11,786 bases of DNA from a virus (Duplodnaviria > Heunggongvirae > Uroviricota > Caudoviricetes), in the IMG/VR virus record IMGVR_UViG_2698536590_000002, one strand, 5' to 3'. The notes beneath the pieces are model-generated. The model saw only the letters and a list, made by a program, of their open reading frames with translations, searched no databases and was not told the origin of the DNA. This document shows, one piece after another, positions 9,244-11,786 of this stretch. Position 1 is the stretch's first letter; every line of letters begins with the position of its first letter. Made by a program: the position numbers and the translations under genes.

Positions 9244-9270
9244 GGGGGCGTTGCAACGCCCCATTTTTAA
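9244..9270 (+). terminator. rho-independent terminator downstream of nmpC
   Basis: Perfect palindrome GGGGCGTTGCAACGCCCC (9245-9262) followed by ATTTTTAATAATTTTT. Three further strong hairpins lie between the nmpC stop and this site (9132-9148, 9157-9178, 9183-9204). Confidence 0.65.
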
Positions 9271-9295
9271 TAATTTTTAGTAAACAACTGGCATA

Positions 9296-9679
9296 TTAAT
9301 TAGAGTTATTAACAACGATATCCATCTCTAACCGGATATCTAATGCCATTAACATCCCTTCAATTATGCCCTCAGCCTTCTGTAACCTTTTCCCGATATA
9401 ACCATCAGAGCAGCAATGCTTACCTGCCAGTGACATGAATGTCATACCGACTACATAATAATCTACTAATAAATCGTGCAAATCGCTGTTGTTCTTTTTC
9501 AGACGGGCCATGCACCCGCAAATAATCATCGCGTCATCGTCACAACATTGCGGGCGAGATTTTACTTTTGAAGTAATTAATCCCTTAAAACCGGCGGCAA
9601 TGGACGACCAGGTCACATCTTCATGATTATTAGCCGCCCACGCTCCCCAACGCTCAAGAACCATCTGAATATCACGCAT
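9296..9679 (-). CDS. quuD: late-gene antitermination protein Q (phage 82 / DLP12 QuuD-like)
   Basis: 127 aa from ATG at 9677-9679 (RBS GGAG; the track ORF extends upstream from a TTG). Reads [64 protein letters not shown]..., recognised as the 82-type Q family with its Cys-rich zinc motif. Gene order rusA-ylcG-Q-nmpC matches DLP12. Confidence 0.8.
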   Translation of the reverse strand: MRDIQMVLERWGAWAANNHEDVTWSSIAAGFKGLITSKVKSRPQCCDDDAMIICGCMARLKKNNSDLHDLLVDYYVVGMTFMSLAGKHCCSDGYIGKRLQKAEGIIEGMLMALDIRLEMDIVVNNSN

Positions 9680-9764
9680 CAACTTACTCCACAAAAATCA
9701 GACCAGAACGCCAATTACAAGCAAAAATCAACAAAACAGTATTAGTTGATTGTTATCTCTGACT

Positions 9765-9905
9765 TCATACTCCTGCTCCTGTCAGGGTTTTGGCGTAATT
9801 CTTCAGTATTCGGTAATCGGTCAAAACAGAACCGGGGAAACGATATAAGCGCAGATGCCCCCAGCGGTGGCGAAGAAGTTCTGCCATATAAAACTCAAAC
9901 ATCAT
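9765..9905 (-). CDS. ylcG: small DLP12 YlcG-like protein (46-47 aa), not in the ORF track
   Basis: Hand translation of the minus strand between rusA and Q gives [46 protein letters not shown] with stop at 9765-9767. The ATG overlaps the rusA stop (ATGATG over TGA at 9902-9904). Matches my recollection of YlcG. Confidence 0.55.
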   Translation of the reverse strand: MMFEFYMAELLRHRWGHLRLYRFPGSVLTDYRILKNYAKTLTGAGV

Positions 9906-10264
9906 TCATTCCCAATTTCGGTGATGGTCAGTTCCAGCCTCCCACCTTTGGTAACAGGCATCTTCACAACGCGGTAATCAACGACCTGAGCATCATCCAG
10001 CCAGAAACCTGCTTTAGTGAGTGCGTCAAAAGCGGCTTTTTGCAGATTATCCAGGTCACGGCGACGGCGATCCGGCATGTGGCACTCAATGCGGATTTTC
10101 ACAGGCATAGCCAGGCCGATATCCAGCATTGCGTTTTTAATGATTCGGGCGACGTTATCGCGGTATGCCTGCCCCTCTGCGCTGACGTGCGTGCGCCCGC
10201 GATTATGGCGGTAATAGCGATTATTGCTCGGAGGCCAGGGTAATGTGATGCTGTAGGTATTCAC
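9902..10264 (-). CDS. rusA: crossover junction endodeoxyribonuclease RusA (Holliday junction resolvase)
   Basis: 120-aa ORF (GTG start with RBS AAGAGGGGG) reading [119 protein letters not shown], essentially the E. coli RusA sequence as I recall it. Confidence 0.85.
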   Translation of the reverse strand: MNTYSITLPWPPSNNRYYRHNRGRTHVSAEGQAYRDNVARIIKNAMLDIGLAMPVKIRIECHMPDRRRRDLDNLQKAAFDALTKAGFWLDDAQVVDYRVVKMPVTKGGRLELTITEIGNE

Positions 10265-10386
10265 GCCTTAATAACCCCCTCTTTCAGCCAGATAACCTGT
10301 GTTCTCGCCATACCTTCCAGCGCGCATTCTTTTGCATATGCAGCATCGACTTGCTTGGCATGCCCTTTAGGCGCGATCACTTTCGT
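10261..10386 (-). pseudogene. ybcO: 3' remnant of ybcO-like (DUF1364) gene; last ~41 codons only
   Basis: Minus-strand frame ending in TGA overlapping the rusA GTG (GTGA) reads [41 protein letters not shown]; the last ~28 residues match the YbcO C-terminus as I recall it. An in-frame TAG lies at 10387-10389 and no start or matching N-terminal sequence lies upstream. Confidence 0.5.
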
Positions 10387-10494
10387 CTACTCCGTTACAA
10401 AGCGAGGCTGGGTATTTCCCGGCCTTTCCGTTACCCGAAATCCCCTGAAAGCACAGCGGCTGGCTGAGGAGATAAATAATAAACGGGGAGCTGT

Positions 10495-10686
10495 ATGCAC
10501 AAAGCATCTCCTGTTGAGTTAAGAACGAGCATTGAGATGGCACATAGCCTCGCTCAAATTGGAGTCAGGTTTGTGCCAATACCAGTAGAAACAGACGAAG
10601 AATTTCATACGTTAGCCGCATCCCTTTCACAAAAGCTGGAAATGATGGTGGCGAAAGCAGAAGCAGATGAGAGAGACCAGGTATGA
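10495..10686 (+). CDS. 63-aa phage early-region protein of unknown function (possibly lambda orf63-like)
   Basis: ORF MHKASPVELRTSIEMAHSLAQIGVRFVPIPVETDEEFHTLAASLSQKLEMMVAKAEADERDQV with good RBS GGGGAG 4 nt before the ATG; its stop overlaps the next start (ATGA). The lambda orf63 assignment rests on size and position only. Confidence 0.6.
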   Translation: MHKASPVELRTSIEMAHSLAQIGVRFVPIPVETDEEFHTLAASLSQKLEMMVAKAEADERDQV

Positions 10687-10766
10687 CAACCACTGAATGC
10701 ATTTTTCTGGCAGCGGGCTTCATATTCTGTGTGCTTATGCTTGCCGACATGGGACTTGTTCAATGA
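10683..10766 (+). CDS. 27-codon hydrophobic micro-ORF (single predicted transmembrane helix), not in the ORF track
   Basis: ATG at 10683 overlaps the upstream stop (ATGA) and its own TGA overlaps the next ATG (ATGA at 10763-10766). Encodes MTTTECIFLAAGFIFCVLMLADMGLVQ. Supported only by the double translational-coupling geometry and hydrophobicity. Confidence 0.3.
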   Translation: MTTTECIFLAAGFIFCVLMLADMGLVQ

Positions 10767-10978
10767 CACCTCAGCAGGAAAACGCCCTTCGCAGCATTGC
10801 CCGTCAGGCTAATTCTGAAATCAAAAAAGCCAGACAGCAGTTTCCGGATAAAAACGTCGATGACATTTGCCGTAGCGTACTGAAGAAGCACCGCGAAACG
10901 GTAACGCTGATGGGATTCACACCGACTCATTTAAGCCTGGCGATCGGCATGTTAAACGGCGTCTTTAAGGAACGGTGA
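10763..10978 (+). CDS. 71-aa phage early-region protein of unknown function
   Basis: Reading from the ATG at 10763: MTPQQENALRSIARQANSEIKKARQQFPDKNVDDICRSVLKKHRETVTLMGFTPTHLSLAIGMLNGVFKER. The track ORF (from 10697) has a longer N-terminal extension, but 10763 is the coupled start. Confidence 0.55.
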   Translation: MTPQQENALRSIARQANSEIKKARQQFPDKNVDDICRSVLKKHRETVTLMGFTPTHLSLAIGMLNGVFKER

Positions 10979-11000
10979 GCATGAAAAACAAAATCATCAT

Positions 11001-11021
11001 GGAGCTACAGGCTCCTTTTTT
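11001..11021 (+). terminator. weak terminator-like hairpin plus T-tract
   Basis: GGAGC TACAG GCTCC followed by TTTTTTATT. Only a 5-bp stem. It lies inside a possible 29-codon ORF (10981-11070), which I therefore consider less likely to be real. Confidence 0.3.
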
Positions 11022-11076
11022 ATTATTCGCATTCACCCTCAAGCGTATTAACCAACAATTCAGGGATTAATGAAAG

Positions 11077-11298
11077 ATGGCAGACATCATTGATTCAGCA
11101 TCAGAAATTGAAGAATTACAGCGCAACACAGCAATAAAAATGCGCCGCCTGAACCACCAGGCTATATCTGCCACTCATTGTTGTTAGTGTGGCGATCCGA
11201 TAGATGAACGAAGACGCCTGGTCGTTCAGGGTTGTCGGACTTGTGCAAGTTGCCAGGAGGATCTGGAACTTATCAGTAAACAGAGAGGTTCGAAGTGA
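11077..11298 (+). pseudogene. TraR/DksA-family C4 zinc-finger protein gene (lambda Orf73-like) interrupted by an in-frame amber codon
   Basis: Frame reads MADIIDSASEIEELQRNTAIKMRRLNHQAISATHCC then TAG (11185-11187), then CGDPIDERRRLVVQGCRTCASCQEDLELISKQRGSK and stop. Across the TAG this aligns with the TraR motif C-x-x-C-G-N-P-I-P-E-A-R-R...C-x-x-C as I recall it, with the TAG at the second x of the first CxxC. Confidence 0.6.
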
Positions 11299-11783
11299 GC
11301 GAAATTAACTCTCAGGCACTGCGTGAAGCGGCAGAGCAGGCAATGCATGACGACTGGGGATTTGACGCAGACCTTTTCCATGAATTGGTAACACCATCGA
11401 TTGTGCTGGAACTGCTGGATGAACGGGAAAGAAACCAGCAATACATCAAACGCCGCGACCAGGAGAACGAGGATATTGCGCTAACAGTAGGGAAACTGCG
11501 TGTTGAGCTTGAAACAGCAAAATCAAAACTCAACGAGCAGCGTGAGTATTACGAAGGTGTTATCTCGGATGGGAGTAAGCGTATTGCTAAACTGGAAAGC
11601 AACGAAGTCCGTGAAGACGGAAACCAGTTTCTTGTTGTTCGCCATCCTGGGAAGACTCCTGTTATCAAGCACTGCACTGGTGACCTGGAAGAGTTTCTGC
11701 GGCAGTTAATCGAACAAGACCCGTTAGTAACTATCGACATCACTACGCATCGCTATTACGGGGTTGGTAGACTGGCCCCCTGA
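11295..11783 (+). CDS. Ea22-like early-region protein with predicted coiled coil
   Basis: 162-aa ORF; GTG start overlaps the upstream TGA (GTGA), with RBS AGAGG 8 nt upstream. MSEINSQALREAAEQAMHDDWGFDADLFHELVTPSIVLELLDERERNQQYIKRRDQENEDIALTVGKLRVELETAKSKLNEQ has heptad-like character. The Ea22 assignment is from memory of prophage proteins carrying that label and is tentative. Confidence 0.5.
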   Translation: MSEINSQALREAAEQAMHDDWGFDADLFHELVTPSIVLELLDERERNQQYIKRRDQENEDIALTVGKLRVELETAKSKLNEQREYYEGVISDGSKRIAKLESNEVREDGNQFLVVRHPGKTPVIKHCTGDLEEFLRQLIEQDPLVTIDITTHRYYGVGRLAP

Positions 11784-11786
11784 ATC

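Noticed and set aside
9225-9262. Minus-strand late promoter TTGCAA-N19-TAATAT overlapping the nmpC terminator palindrome
   Set aside because: The 19-nt spacer is too long and the -35 element lies inside a perfect terminator stem; not convincing enough to annotate.
9746-10243. 165-aa plus-strand ORF overlapping ylcG and rusA
   Set aside because: Antisense to two well-supported genes whose sequences I recognise; no RBS.
10981-11070. 29-codon ORF MKNKIIMELQAPFLLFAFTLKRINQQFRD between the 71-aa gene and the TraR-like gene
   Set aside because: Contains a hairpin plus T6 tract (11001-11021) that looks more like a terminator than coding sequence, and has no overlap-coupling or clear RBS; left open as a weak possibility.
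1-11786. CRISPR arrays, IS elements or transposase genes
   Set aside because: No regularly spaced direct repeats, no terminal inverted repeats flanking a transposase-like ORF, and no ORF with a recognisable transposase or integrase signature were found.

Overview
The window reads as a heavily eroded lambdoid prophage (a lambda/Rac/DLP12-like mosaic) in inverted orientation, with no integrase, repressor, replication, lysis-enzyme, terminase or head genes present. All homology calls rest on reading the translated ORFs and recalling known phage protein families; no database search was run. Left to right: an AT-rich island (1-768) with a candidate promoter, small hydrophobic ORF and terminator; then on the minus strand tfa, a 1135-codon side tail fibre (stf), lom, a stand-alone C-terminal domain of host-specificity protein J, tail chaperones T and G with the -1 frameshift heptamer intact, and only the C-terminal half of major tail protein V. 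The V fragment is fused out of frame to the first ~20 codons of a phage-21-type pinholin, implying one deletion that removed the lysis-to-tail-shaft block. An AT-rich spacer precedes an intact NmpC/Lc-type porin gene (plus strand), followed by Q antiterminator, ylcG, rusA and a ybcO remnant (minus strand). Beyond a second junction, a plus-strand block resembles the distal lambda PL operon: a 63-aa ORF, an untracked 27-codon membrane micro-ORF, a 71-aa ORF, a TraR/DksA-like zinc-finger gene interrupted by an in-frame amber codon, and an Ea22-like ORF reaching the window edge. What survives intact is mostly surface and accessory genes (nmpC, lom, stf/tfa, rusA, Q); the most interesting items are three precise deletion joints, the amber-interrupted TraR-like gene and the small membrane ORFs.
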